From NCBI GenBank assembly GCA_002269645.1, contig NIVC01001157.1, positions 256,312 through 320,311 of the forward strand: a stretch of 64,000 nucleotides of DNA, written 5' to 3'. Each line of letters opens with the position of its first letter. Position 1 is the first letter of the stretch. The position numbers were made by a program, and so were the translations under genes. This DNA comes from Macrostomum lignano (taxonomy: Eukaryota). Below, piece by piece: positions 32,271 through 44,330 of the stretch. The notes under the pieces are model-generated. The model saw nothing but the letters and a program-made list of their open reading frames with translations. It was not told the origin of the DNA and searched no databases.

Positions 32271-33911
32271 CAGCTATTCAACACGTTCGTTTTAATAGCA
32301 TATTTGGGGGGAGGGGTAGAGCCAACCGGGAGTGGCTACCATCGCCGCTCGCGCTATGACAAGAAACAGCTGCCATACCTATTCCGATCAACACCCACCC
32401 GCCACACAGCAAAATACCACGCGTAAAAATATCTATTTTAATGCAGTCTAAGTCTTAAGCGTATTGTAACGACATTCTACAATTGCCTAATGATTTCTGC
32501 AAAGTTATAGTAGCTGTCGTAATCTTTTACGTAGGTGACTCCATACTTGAGAAACCAGTGTCTTTGGAGAGCTAGATTAACATTAGGGACATTTATTGTG
32601 TAGTCGGGCCAATATTTCCTCATGTACTCGCTGCATTCTAGTTTGCATCGGTACTTACTCTTGTAATTAGGCTCGCGCGCCTTATAATAAGAACCTGGAG
32701 AGACGATTGAAGCATTTTTATTGAGAATTTATTTTTTTGCGGAGGATGAGCACTCTATTGAGTTTGGGGATTGGCGCTAATTTGATTGTCTTAGCACACT
32801 TTTTGCAAGGCTGGGAGGCTCCTTATGAGACTAATATTTTGTGCTATACTGCGTAAATTTTTGATAATAAAAGTAGAAGTTAGAATAATTTTTTTAGAGG
32901 CAGGTACCCTTTTTGCGGGAATAATAAAGTTATTTTTGAGGCTGTGATATTTTTTGTCCTAGAATACTATGCTCACAGAACGCAACTCACAAACTGATCT
33001 GGAATAATAAAAGTACAGAATTTAGAATATGGAGACAGATTTTTTGGAGAGGCATGTGACGTTCTTAGTTGTAGGTTCCAAAAAAGATGGTGAACTCAAC
33101 AATGGCGGAGTAGATTTCTAGCGGTAGCACTTGGCAATTCAGCGGCAAGATAAATAAGGGCCGCAGCTTGTTTATTGTAATTGTAAATATAAGTTAGTAC
33201 AGAGGCTATGGCACGCGGGGGCGCTGGCGACTGCAACAATGGGTTTGAATTTAATAGATTAAGTAGGATGATGAGCAGATTGATGAAGGTGATGCAAATA
33301 GTAGAGCGATGGCGGTGAGTAGACAGTGATGGCAGTCTTCGGTGGCAAACTGGCAGGTAGGAAGGCAGCGTAGCAGGGCCTAGCGAAGGTAAGGCTAGCC
33401 CGCGGTGGAGTGAGACAGAGAGAGAAAAGAAGGCATAAACAAGTCTGGCCCAGACGGAGCGGGGCCGTGGCGAGAGATAAGGAGATAACAAACTGAGAGC
33501 CAGAGCGCGCAAGCCGAGGAGAGGAGTGAAGGAAGGAAGGAGAGGGGGGAGAAAAGAGAAAACCCCTAGCCCGCCGCCAGGCGGGGTTAATAAAGGAGCG
33601 CAGGAGGGTTAGCATAATATATGCGCGGAGTTTCCATTGGCTGGCGGTGGAAAAGCAAAAACAAAAAGTATCGATCGCGCGAAGACCCTACAGACGTACG
33701 CAAAGATTACAATGTACGCAATGATTAGCAATTGATACAGATTCGTTGGGCGCTACTACAAGTAAACGTGCGCATACAAGATTGGAGAATGTTAAATGAG
33801 AAATTGTAGTCCAACGGCCCTTTTGCGGGACCACTTTAAACTGACAACGTCACAGGCAGGTACCCTATTTTCCTGATCTCTTCGGGAAGAATGAAGTTAA
33901 TCGTTGGTGCA

Positions 33912-34262
33912 TTATGGAGGCTGCGATAATTTTTGTCCTATATAGCCCCTTTCGCATACTACTTTTGCAAGATATACTCTGAATGAATACAAATATGGGG
34001 GGCGTTTACAATCGGTGTATTTTAATATTTCTTCTTTCCGCCGGAAAAAAGAGGACTTCTTGTTTCCGCCGGATTCCGAATCGCCATCTCCATTCTTGTC
34101 ACTTGCTTTCAGAACGAGAGTGTCTAGTGTCTTCTTGAAATACTCACGATCATCTTTCCGAAGATCGTTTAGGAGAAGCGTGAGCGAAGTCTCAGTCTTC
34201 TTAGTTAAATTCTTCAAATGTGTCATTATAGACCATATTTCTTTATCAGCCATTTCAAGCAC
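33912..34262 (-). CDS. Orphan Polinton-associated protein (116 aa)
   Basis: EILKYTDCKRPPYLYSFRVYLA motif recurs (degenerate) at ~38390-38450. Confidence 0.45.
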   Translation of the reverse strand: MLEMADKEIWSIMTHLKNLTKKTETSLTLLLNDLRKDDREYFKKTLDTLVLKASDKNGDGDSESGGNKKSSFFRRKEEILKYTDCKRPPYLYSFRVYLAKVVCERGYIGQKLSQPP

Positions 34263-34689
34263 TGCGAAATAAAATATTTGCTAAAGAAGGCGGAAACTAG
34301 AAAATGAAGAGCCAGATTCTCAAGGCAGCAAAGATTTAAATAAACACATTCCAGAATCTTCTTGAAGTGGGTTGATAAATGGCTGTTCGCAGCTAATCTA
34401 AACCTTTAATTCTTTGCATGATGCTGGAGGCTTTTTGAGTGAGTCATAGAGTATAGAAGACAGAGGGTGATGGATATATAGAAAGTAAAGTGATATGAAA
34501 GAAGCCATGATTCTTAGTCATCGTGACAACAATGTCTACAATTCGAATACATTCAGTCGCACAGGGTAAAAGAGAATTTTTTTGAAATTCAGAAGAAATT
34601 CTATTGTGCAAAAATCTGCATCAGAAGTTTATTAATGTTTTAGCTTTTCATTGTTAACGAATAAATTGTAACTTCTGTTGGGGTTACTA

Positions 34690-35649
34690 TCGTTAAATTG
34701 GTTGACACTTTCATATTGTTTATTCTTGAAAATAGATTATATTAACCCCCTAAACCACACATTTCTCATGGTTTTACTCACGAACTCTCGAAAATTGCAC
34801 TTTTTATAATATTTGAAAATCACAAAAAATCACTGTTTTCAGACCATTTTCACGTGTTTTTAGTCAATTTCACATATCTTTAGTGATTTTTAAATGAGTG
34901 AGGGCATGAAGCGAGGGAACGCTTCTTTTTTGAAAGTATAAAAATTCTGAAAAAATCTGTGTTTCGCATGCCCTCACCCTCAACACCCTCAATATATATA
35001 TATAAATATACTAAATATAATAAATATAAATATATATGTCGTATATATATAGCTCGTATGGATACAATATCTGTGAAAAAAATCTGTGTTTCGCATTCCC
35101 TCACCCTCAACACCCTGTATTGTATGTATATTGTATGTATATATTGTATGTATTGTATGTATATTGTATGTATATATATATATGTATATATTGTGAGGGT
35201 GTTGAGGGTGAGAGCATGCAAAACACAGATTTTTTCAGAATTTTTATACTTTCAAAAAAAGAAGCGTTCCCTCGCTTTCATGCCCTCACTCATTTAAAAA
35301 TCACTAAAGATATGTGAAATTGAGTTGCAGTACAATACAGTTGCAATATATATTTTTATTGTATTTATATTGTATTATATTTATTGTATTTATATTATAT
35401 TAGTATATTTGTATTGTTGATTATATTTATATATTTATATATTATTTATATATTTATATTCACATGTTGTGTATATTCACAACAATATATACAGTATATA
35501 TTCACACACACAATATTTATCCCCCCACCCACTTGCAACTGCGACTTCCTGGTAGTAGTAGCATGATGTAAGGGGATGAGTCATCTGCGAATGGAGCGAA
35601 CTGCGCCCGAGCGATCAATGTGGCTCCTCCCCTTACATCATGTACTACT
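34690..35649. repeat. Polinton-type terminal region ending ACTACT
   Basis: Block 34690-34870 is homologous to 40490-40690 and (inverted) to 47200-47400, which lies just inside an AGTAGT end; finishes with an AGTAGT...ACTACT hairpin at 35554-35649. Confidence 0.55.
34863..35323. repeat. Fold-back with ~130-bp inverted arms around an (AT/TATG)n spacer
   Basis: TCAATTTCACATATCTTTAGTGATTTTTAAATGAGTGAGGGCATG... vs ...CATGCCCTCACTCATTTAAAAATCACTAAAGATATGTGAAATTGA. Confidence 0.85.
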
Positions 35650-36639
35650 CTTCTCTTCTTTCCTAGCCTTTTCCATGTGACGTGGTTTAGGTTTTGTTTG
35701 CTCATATGGGCAGTGTTGATATTGCCGTGAGTCTCAACGCTGCCACCAGTATTGTGCTTTTTGGTTTGGCTCTCACTACTGTGGCGGGTTTTTGACAGGT
35801 ACTGCTGATGCCTGAAGCAACCTTACCTAGCACGTGTATGGGGACTGAGACTGGGGAAAAGTCTAAAATTAACGGTAGTGCTGCCACCAGCCTAGGTACC
35901 GTAGGATCCGCAATGAAGGGGTTTGTTTGGGTTCCACGCAAATAAATAACGCTATAAAAACTAGTCTCAGAGATTTCAATGTCAAGATAACAGGAGTCAA
36001 TGGTACCAAATGGCCTAAGCGGCGCAGTCCTGGCACTGACTAAAATGGTCAGTGCTTGAGCGTGTCTGAGTTTTGCTGTCAGAGGACTCCTAACTCCTGA
36101 TAACCTTGATGCTAACTAGTCTCACGCAGATGGGTGGCGAGGATAGGTCTATGCGCCTGAAGCAGCATATAGCGGATGTTTTTGTTGTTTATCCACTACC
36201 TTCTGTCTACGACAGCAAAGGATGGATAGAACACAATACACTGATTTTAATTGCCTAGCTACATTTTTCCGGAGCCACGAGCCTACGGCCGAGCTCAGGC
36301 CCGTAGTGGAATCGCGCACGTGTGCTGCGACGGCACAATCACTCTCACTCTTGAAGTTCGAAGTTCGAAGAATGATAATTACTATTTGGCACGCGTATAA
36401 ATAGAGTATAAATTGGTTACGAGATTGAGCATAGTTTAAAACAATAGATTGCCCTGAAGGTTGAGATTGCTATACCCTGAAAAATAATGGCTACAATGCC
36501 TAATTTGAGACCTAAGTGGCCTGTCACGGCGACAATAAGTAAAGTAACAAGAGAAATGCATAGAGGAAAAATTAGATTGAATAAAAGAAAAGGTTAATGC
36601 GTTCCTGAAATTGTAATAGTTGTTAAATTGCACCGTCAG

Positions 36640-37400
36640 TTAAATTGCCTTCAAAGTTCTATTCCCGCAGCTCGGCTTTAAGCAAAGGTGGCAGGCCCTG
36701 GTAACCTTGCTCGGCGGCAATTCTGTGGGCCACTGATCCGGCCGCCTGCCGGTTGAACAGTCCGCCCGATAGCTTTTCAGCGGCCAGGCTGGTGGCTCAT
36801 TCAAAGAGGCTGACCCGATACAGCCGGTCCTCAGCCCGGAGCTGCGCCGACAAGTCCGGTGGCAACCCCTCGAAGATATTCCCGCGCACGCCGGCCAATA
36901 GATGATGTCGGCGATTTCAATCGCCTGCCGCTCTCTTATCCACGCGGCTAAATCCTCCATCGAGGAGGCGCGACTAATCGGCCACGACGGCGGCGCCTTT
37001 GCCCTAGCCTCTGGGCAAGGTCCTGGCGGCCTGACGTTACGAGCATGTAACGGGGTGACCGTAGCCACCTGGGCAGCAGCGCGGCGCAGCTTAATAAAGA
37101 GCTGCTTGCCCGCCGGGCCGCAAAATCGCCCTCCTCTTCTACCACGTTTTCGCGAGTTTGGTGGGTGCCCTACGGGGTCGCTCCATCCTTTGAACTGCGC
37201 GCCTGTTTTGCCGCGCTGGCTCCTATCAGGCGCAAGCCCCCGGCTTGCTGCACCACTGCATCGCCGCTATCAGATGGCACCAGCCGGTTAAGGCGTAGCG
37301 GCGAGGCAACAGTCTCCATCGGTGAGTCTGGAGCTCCATCGATAGTAAGTCTGTCCTCTCGATCAGCGGAGCTGGTACTGGTGCTATTCCACGCCTTTTT
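36640..37400 (-). mobile_element. Diverged copy of the unclassified repeat element (cf. 22040-22795)
   Basis: NVRPPGPCPE...DLAAWIRERQAI... and, in the shifted frame, RGNIFEGLPP...LRAEDRLYRVSLF. Confidence 0.6.
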
Positions 37401-37491
37401 ACATGACTCAGAATCGAACTTTTCATAGTTTACTTTTCAGTGAATACTTTGTACATTTCATCACCACTGTCTATGTCGCGGAGTATGAGTG

Positions 37492-38235
37492 CTACCTTGT
37501 ACCAAGAATCATAGTCTTGGTCTTGGTTTTTGTGTGCATTATATTTAACAACTTTGAAACTCCTTCACAAGTGGGTGGTGGAACGTCGCTTTTTAGTGCC
37601 TTTTTATCGGATTCTTGGTTTTCCGTTTTATCCTGTGGCTTAATTAATCTATTTATCTCATCAAGAATTACATCTGGCATGTCTATTAAGCCTTCGGGCT
37701 TTATATGTTTGTATTCCTTAATTTTACCATTCACATAATAGAAACCTGGTGGAGCAAATACTAAAGCCGGAATATCAAAACCCACTCTTTGTTGAATTTT
37801 TTTTTATCTATCTACCTTGTTAAAGTAAAAGTGGTGACCCTTGTTTGTCTGAACAATCCAATCACAATGAGTCATACACAGTTCATTCAACTCAGGGCAT
37901 AGGTCAGCATCATCAATATCGATTACGGTTATATTTGAATTTCGAGTATCTATCCAAATCATGTTGTCTACCTCTGGTCGAAATGGTGGGGAGGTTGAAT
38001 TCCTATCTGCTTTGGTTGGCATTCCTGACGGTATTTTTTTCTTTGTTTTACTATTCCATGTTATACTGCAACTTCCGAATCTAAAATTAAGTTCTCCATA
38101 GAGATTAATTAGTTTATCGTACAATTTTGTTTGTTTTAAATTTCTCAACCTTGGTGGTGGGGCATCATGGTTTTGAAGGGGATCCTGTACGATCACAGGA
38201 GAGAAACTTAAATCGTTTTGATTTTTTCCTTCCAT
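37492..38235 (-). pseudogene. Prim-Pol (AEP superfamily) primase-like gene, frameshifted and truncated
   Basis: NITVIDIDD (DxD), VQTNKGHHFYF (TxxGxHxY), then GFDIPALVFAPP in the next frame. Confidence 0.62.
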
Positions 38236-38329
38236 TTTATTAAAAATAAATTTAACAATATAATTCATCAGTTGCAATGTACTTCTCAAGGGTTATGGGG
38301 AGTTTGAAAATGTTCAATTTCAGCATGAC

Positions 38330-38592
38330 GAAAAATTCATCATTCCCTTTGTGCTGTCTCGAAGTCGATGCCCATTTATCAACATGTGCAAGATATACTC
38401 TAATGAATACAAATATGGGGGCATTTAAAATCGGTGTGTTTTAATATTTCTGCTTTATATTCATCGTAAGCTTATCAATTTCTTCAATTCGTCGAGCCTT
38501 TCGAGTGGTGTTTTTATTTGAGAAAATGATTTAATATAATCATAGTACTTTTGTGATAGAGCATTTCGTACATTTGGGCTATTAGCTTCCAT
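38330..38592 (-). pseudogene. Degenerate homologue of 33912-34262
   Basis: AEILKHTDFKC.P.YLYS..RVYLA at DNA level GAAATATTAAAACACACCGATTTTAAATGCCCCCATATTTGTATTCATTAGAGTATATCTTGC. Confidence 0.5.
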
Positions 38593-38799
38593 TTTTTCTA
38601 GGAAAATTTAAGTCACAATCTGATTCAAGTGGAAGTGAACCCGTTACCAACAACAGACCTCATGCTGAGAATATGTAAATGCAGACTTATCGAATCGGCT
38701 GTAGTGTGTTTACAAATTTCTGAATATAGTGGACTTACCCCCAGATTGTTACATTTAGTAGTTGACTGAGCCTTCTCTTCTTCCTTTGGTGTTGCTTTA

Positions 38800-39100
38800 A
38801 GCCCTTTACGCTTGTATAACTTTCAACATCTCTAGGGGTTCGTTGTAGCCTTTCAGCTTTTTTAATTCTTCGGCTGCTTTTGCTGCGTCAATTTCTCCTT
38901 TCACAGCGGTAGCTATAGAACCTGCTGCTGCTCCTGCTTGTGCAATTAGAGGTTGGTTGTCTTTTACTAAGTTTCCTACTTGCCTAGCAAAGATGCAAAA
39001 CCCTCTCCTCGTGTATTTTCGTCTCTATACCCAAGTCTGCCATATTGTTCTTTTGTTATATTCATTTCAGCTTCTATTTTTAGGGGGTAGAAAAATTCGT
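38800..39100 (-). pseudogene. Second Gly/Ala-rich core-like protein gene
   Basis: GEGFASLLGK... then IAQAGAAAGSIATAVKGEIDAAKAAEELKKL, paralleling AGGAAGVAKAVNDKKAA at 7264-7491. Confidence 0.45.
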
Positions 39101-39625
39101 GCTCGCGAGCCCAGTAGTGGTCAATGAGTAAGACAGGAATGCAAAAGACTCTTAAGACACAAAAGAGGGCTGACTCAGCCTGAGCGGATCTGGTGGAGCA
39201 CGCTGGGCGCCGTTTATTCAAATAGATGGTGTGCATTTTACTCTATCAAGTAAAATTAGTCAGACACTAGCACAATGTTCTGCTATATTTTAAAAAGATG
39301 CGTTCTTGGATATAATTCAAAGCGATTCAGTCACTATAATGAATCTTGATGAAGAATTATGAATCCTGATTCATTGGCTCCTCTATACCTCCTGTTCGTC
39401 TTGGTCGCGGGAATTCTCGAATGTGGTGGTTCCTGCTGTGGCGGCGGCGGCGGAGCGTATAGAGTGTAGTGTGCGTACGCACAGTATGGTACGCCCGGGC
39501 AGTCTGATTGGCTGCGGAGTGGGGTGGGTGCCGCCACCCCAATTCTAACTCCATAATATATAGACGCGTGCCCAGCGCGGCGAGATTTGTAAGAGTTTGG
39601 CTACACAGCAAACACGGCCTCTGAC

Positions 39626-39943
39626 TCAGTTACTAAATGGAGGTGGTGGTTTAATTGGAATTAAAGCAGCGGCATTACCAAGTATTTGCTCCTGCTGTAG
39701 CTGATTATGAACACTATCAATAGAGCGCTCTTTTCGTATGAGCTTTTGAGCCAGCTTCAGCAGTGCTATATCCGCGTTGATCTCGTTGAAATTATCTCGA
39801 CATCGTTGAAGAAATTGTTCGGCCGTCATTGTGAAGACAAAATGTGTCTTTGAATACTGATCCATATAAACGGCTAGAAATGTGTTGGCTTCAACTCTGT
39901 ATGAGGGATGTTGCGCGCGAAGAGTTGGTCTCCCGGCTACCAT
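39626..39943 (-). CDS. Hypothetical protein (105 aa)
   Basis: AAATGG start, open frame between core-like gene and terminal repeat; no family recognised. Confidence 0.4.
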   Translation of the reverse strand: MVAGRPTLRAQHPSYRVEANTFLAVYMDQYSKTHFVFTMTAEQFLQRCRDNFNEINADIALLKLAQKLIRKERSIDSVHNQLQQEQILGNAAALIPIKPPPPFSN

Positions 39944-40489
39944 TTCGTTTTTTCTTAGATGACAGCCTTATATAATAACTTATTTATGTATAGTGATAAA
40001 ACCATCTTTGCGCCAAAACTTATATATGCAAACGCGCACCAATCTACACTCATTCCGTTTTCACAAGTAATTTTTATTGGTTGGCAAAATATTGTCACTG
40101 GCAAAAATTTCATTCTGGCAAAAATTATAATTCTGCCAGTGTTTCTAAGAATAGACTTCCTAAAACCTGCTGAATCCTGTATAATCAAGGATTGTGTTAG
40201 ATTTTTTTTCATTGTGGCACTGAATGCGAGTGCTCGGGGTTGGTCAATCTGGCTATTTTGTATGGTAGATTACTACTGCCAGTGAAAAAAATATCATGTA
40301 ACATACTAGGGGTGAAAATGAATAATTCTAACACCCACAGGTTTAGAGAAGTGTGACTTACTGCGGAAGCTTTGGATTGTGCACTTATACGCAGTTAACT
40401 AGTTTTCGCTTGCCCATTGAATGGTTTAGAAAGAAATAATGGTTTACTGAAGGCCATTATATACATATATTAATTTACTAATTTACTAT

Positions 40490-40818
40490 CGTTAAATTGG
40501 ATGACACTTTCATATTGTATATACCTGAAATTGCATTGAATTGACCCGTGAATCCAACTTTTTTCATGGTTTTACTCTCGAAATCGTGAAAATTGCACTT
40601 TTTTTAATATTTGAAAATCACAAAAATCGCTGTTTTCAGACCATTTTTCCATATTTTTATTCATTTTCACTTATTTTTAGCGATTATCAAAATGAGTGAG
40701 GGCATGAGGGCGAGGGCACCCTCCTTTTTAAAAAGTATAAAAATTCTGAAAAATCTGTGTTCTGTGAAATATACCACAGGCCAATGCCCCCACATACCCC
40801 CACCCTCAACACCGTCAC

Positions 40819-40857
<39 letters not shown>

Positions 40858-41012
40858 ATAATATTTATATTTTTATACTTATCACACACACCTTGCAACA
40901 ATGACCTCCTGGTAGTAGTAGTGTTATATAAGGGGCTGAGTCATCCAGCGAGCTGGCGCGCAATGCGCCCGAGCAATAAGTGTGGCGCAGCCCCTTTTAT
41001 CATACTACTACT
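40490..41012. repeat. Second Polinton-type terminal region ending ACTACT
   Basis: Homologous to 34690-35649, includes an (AT)n tract and an AGTAGT...ACTACT hairpin at 40914-41012. Confidence 0.55.
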
Positions 41013-41319
41013 GATATTATCCCTGACACAATCATAAAAAGGGGGGTCGAATTTGCTTCGAAAAATTCGAAAATAATCCTCCTAAATCCATCCATATTAT
41101 CCCTGACAGAATCAAAGCATAACAGGTGTCCTAAATAATCCACTGACATCCGCCCATAGCATCTTCGAAACAATCGAAAAATAATCTGCATTTATCTCCC
41201 CACATTCAATTCGCAACGCGAAACCAGATCCCTAAGACTTTAGCGAGGGCGCTCATCCTCCGAAAAAAATCTTTTTTCTGAATCTTGATTGTTTTTTATA
41301 TGCTTACGAAGTATCGTGA

Positions 41320-41625
41320 GTTGAAATTTTCTGTCGCTAAAAATATTCACTCTGAACTACTACTTCTACTAGCAGTAGGTTAAAAATGTATTTTAGCATT
41401 TTCTGCTTTTTTATTAGAGTTTACAAAACTTCGTAAATTGAAATTTTCTGTCGCTAAAAATATTCACTCTGAACTACTACTTCTACTAGCAGTAGGTTAA
41501 AATATATTTTAGCATTTTCTGCTTTTTCATTAAAGAGTTTACGAAGCTTGGTAAATTGGAATTTTCTGTCGCTAAAAATATTCACTCTGGACTACTACTT
41601 CTACTAGCAGTAGGTTAAAACTGCT
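41320..41625. repeat. Tandem repeat, ~118-120 bp unit, ~2.6 copies
   Basis: AATTTTCTGTCGCTAAAAATATTCACTCTG(A/G)ACTACTACTTCTACTAGCAGTAGGTTAAAA three times. Confidence 0.9.
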
Positions 41626-41959
41626 AGACATGTGTCAAGATTCCAATTAACAAAATAACCAGATTATCTTGATTCAGTTATCATTTATTTTAATAATTAA
41701 GCAGGCTTTGAAGTTAGAAAAGGCTTAAAAATTACAACCATAGTGTCTTTAGATTAACGACTATAAGTCCATGTTAACAATGCTCAGTTGTTCAAAAGAG
41801 CTCAGTTGTTCTGAAGATCGGCTTCATCCATAGCTGCTTGACCTTCTCCATCACCAGCAGGCTGGCCAGCTTCATCATATGCAGCGAAAAGTTGAGTGGT
41901 AGTATTCACATTAGAGTACTATAGTTTTATAAAAGAGAGGCAGAGGGGAGAGCGCAGCA

Positions 41960-42145
41960 TACATATTGGCCTGCCTAATAATACACACGGTTTTTCCTTC
42001 ACTTCACGCATATTGGGTGGGCCAATAATACACACGGTTTTTCCACCGCCTCACACATATTGGGTCTACCAATAATACACACTGTTTTTCCTTCATTTCA
42101 CACACATATTGGGTGGGCCAATAATACACACGGTTTTTCCGTCAC
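41960..42145. repeat. Tandem repeat, ~48 bp unit, 4 copies, containing ATTGG/CCAAT
   Basis: ATATTGGG(T/C)..CCAATAATACACAC(G/T)GTTTTTCC recurs at ~41962, 42011, 42058, 42107. Confidence 0.85.
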
Positions 42146-42146
42146 T

Positions 42147-42869
42147 TCACACAGATAACTCACAGTAATCATCGAGAAGGCCCTGAAGTTCAGCCGCTGA
42201 TGGAGGTCTTGTTGGGGGAGTCGGATCTAGCCAATCTGCTGCATCCGATTGCCACAACCTTTCGCTCCGAATCGTCTTTGAGTTGTCATGCAGTAATGTA
42301 GCCGAAACAGAGCAAAAGCGGAGCCGCGGAAGCTCGGTCACCAGAGTATAGATGTTATGGCGGGATTGCACGTGGAAGTAACTCACGCTGAACAGTTCTG
42401 CCAAGCTTTTTAATGTCTGCTGATGCCTTGTAATAAATTGGTCATGCACTTTTCTAAGAAAAAATACTGCCACCCAAGTTCGCTGGTTGAATATTTGGTC
42501 CTGCTTAACCAGGTTTTCATGCAGTTCCGGCACCCCATTGTCAACAGGACCTCGGCGTGTGATGTCGTTGCAGATGGCTTCTAACTCCCCCTCACTAATA
42601 ACCTCTGCCTGAGCCGCTTGCTCGTTCTCATATTGAAGCGAACTTCGAAGTTTATGAAATACATCCGTGGCTCTCTCCTTTATCTTCCGTATTTTCATTT
42701 CTTCACTGACTCGCATATGCCTTTCTTCATCTTCAGATAATCTTGCCCAAAGTTCTCAAACCATGTCTTTAACGTTATCCTTATGCTCTTCAACAAAAAA
42801 TTGATCGATGAAATCGATAAAACCTGTCAGATCTTCCATGGTGATTCTGGCTGTAGTTGCATTAAACAT
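42147..42869 (-). pseudogene. Unnamed Polinton-associated family, paralogue 2 (one premature stop near 42760)
   Basis: ERATDVFHKLRSSL and IYTLVTELPRLRFCSVSATLLHDNSKTIR...DAADW match paralogue 1. Confidence 0.5.
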
Positions 42870-43462
42870 TTTGTCTACAAATATATATAAGTAGAGTGTT
42901 TTAAATAGTTTAGAATTAAAAAGTAACTGAAAGTTACAGAAAATGGTTTAAAGTAAATCAGGATTTACTTACGAAGATACTATGCGAATTCGAGCGTCCG
43001 CTAGAAACAATTTCTCCTATTTCTCCTATTTCTTTCAGCAGTCTGCCTATTTCTTTACTGGGCGCGCGCAATACTGCTCTCTCAACCCCCAGCTATTTCA
43101 GCAGTCTTCCTAGTTCTTTATTAGGAGCATGCAATACAATTAGAATGCCCCTCTCCCATTAGAAAATTCCAGAAAATTCTAGACTACAATCTTGGAGTCA
43201 AGCAGGGAAAAAACAATCGATATAGCTCAGTGTACGATAGAAAGTGAGGGGTGAGAATTCTCTGTACACAGAGCATAGGGTGATGAGGTGAGGAGCATGA
43301 AGGAGAAGCATGGTGGAAAGAGAGATTTTAGCCGAAACCAGTGTGCTCAAGACTGTACACTTGTGTGGAGAGAATAGAAGCGAAGGCCAGAAGGCCAGAA
43401 AACTTAACTCTTCTCCCAAACACCCGCCAATTCAAAAAATGAGCTGAATTTTCTTGCTTTAA

Positions 43463-43900
43463 TCATTCTGTTCTCTCAACCCCCAGCTCTTTCAGCAGTC
43501 TTCCTAGTTCTTCACTTGGCGCATGCAATACAAAACCCGCCCCTTCTCCCAAACAGCCGCCAATCCCCAACCCCAACTTTGTCTTTCCAATAATAACAGC
43601 TTTAACTAGCTTCCGAGCGATCGATTCCCTCCACCCCCTTGAAGTCCCCATATTGTCTAATCTCCTAAGTATTTCTTTGTCCCAGCGATTCTTCTCCTCA
43701 GGAAAATCCCTATACAGTGTACTTAATGTCGTGCCACATGCAGACAGAGTCTAGCTCGTTCACAGGCTCATGTCATGCCCAGGATTTGGATTATTGTTTT
43801 TATCTAACTGAATTTCAAGCGGATTCAAAGGCCCGCAATATTTGTAGCCAGGAATTGTCCAGCCTTTGTTTGGATGAGGAAGCTTTTCTATCAGTCCATG
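43463..43900 (-). pseudogene. Parvovirus-type PLA2, copy 3
   Basis: Close DNA homologue of 15833-16260 (WTIPGYKYCGPLNPL; GKTKLGLG). Confidence 0.78.
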
Positions 43901-43959
43901 TGAATTTAAGTTACCACCAGAGCGTTGCATTTTATTAAAAATTTTCTTAAAAAATTACA

Positions 43960-44330
43960 GGGCAGAAACCTCAAAAGCTCTACTACAGCGACAAAGTATT
44001 CTTTGTAGAAAAAAAATGCTGTCACCAAACTCGCAGAACTAAGTAATGAATCAAAACAAACAGTTGAAAGATGGCTATTCAAGCAAGCACTCTACCAAGT
44101 CTATTTCCCACCAGTAAAATTTGAAAGGCCCCATTTCAGTATTTATAAACCGAATCAGGTGCATCAGGCAGATTTACTCTTTATGCCCAATGACTCAAGG
44201 TTCAAGTATGCTTTGACTTTCATTGACATTGCCTCCAGATATAAGGAAGCTCGCCCACTCAAGACGAAGAAGTCAGAAGCAGTTGCAGCTGCCCTCCAAG
44301 AAATTTACAAAAACTCTCCTCTAACCTATC
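43960..44330 (+). pseudogene. int: Polinton integrase, copy 3, cut by a Gypsy fragment
   Basis: RWLFKQALYQVY...RPHF...PNQVHQADLLFMPNDSRFKYALTFIDIASRYKEARPLKTK. Confidence 0.85.

Noticed and set aside
33096-33615. 138-aa and 118-aa minus-strand ORFs
   Set aside because: Low-complexity Leu/Ser/Pro translations of a GA-rich, promoter-like stretch; no homology seen.
35700-36450. Short ORFs or a possible retroelement scrap
   Set aside because: No motif or repeat partner in the window supports a call.
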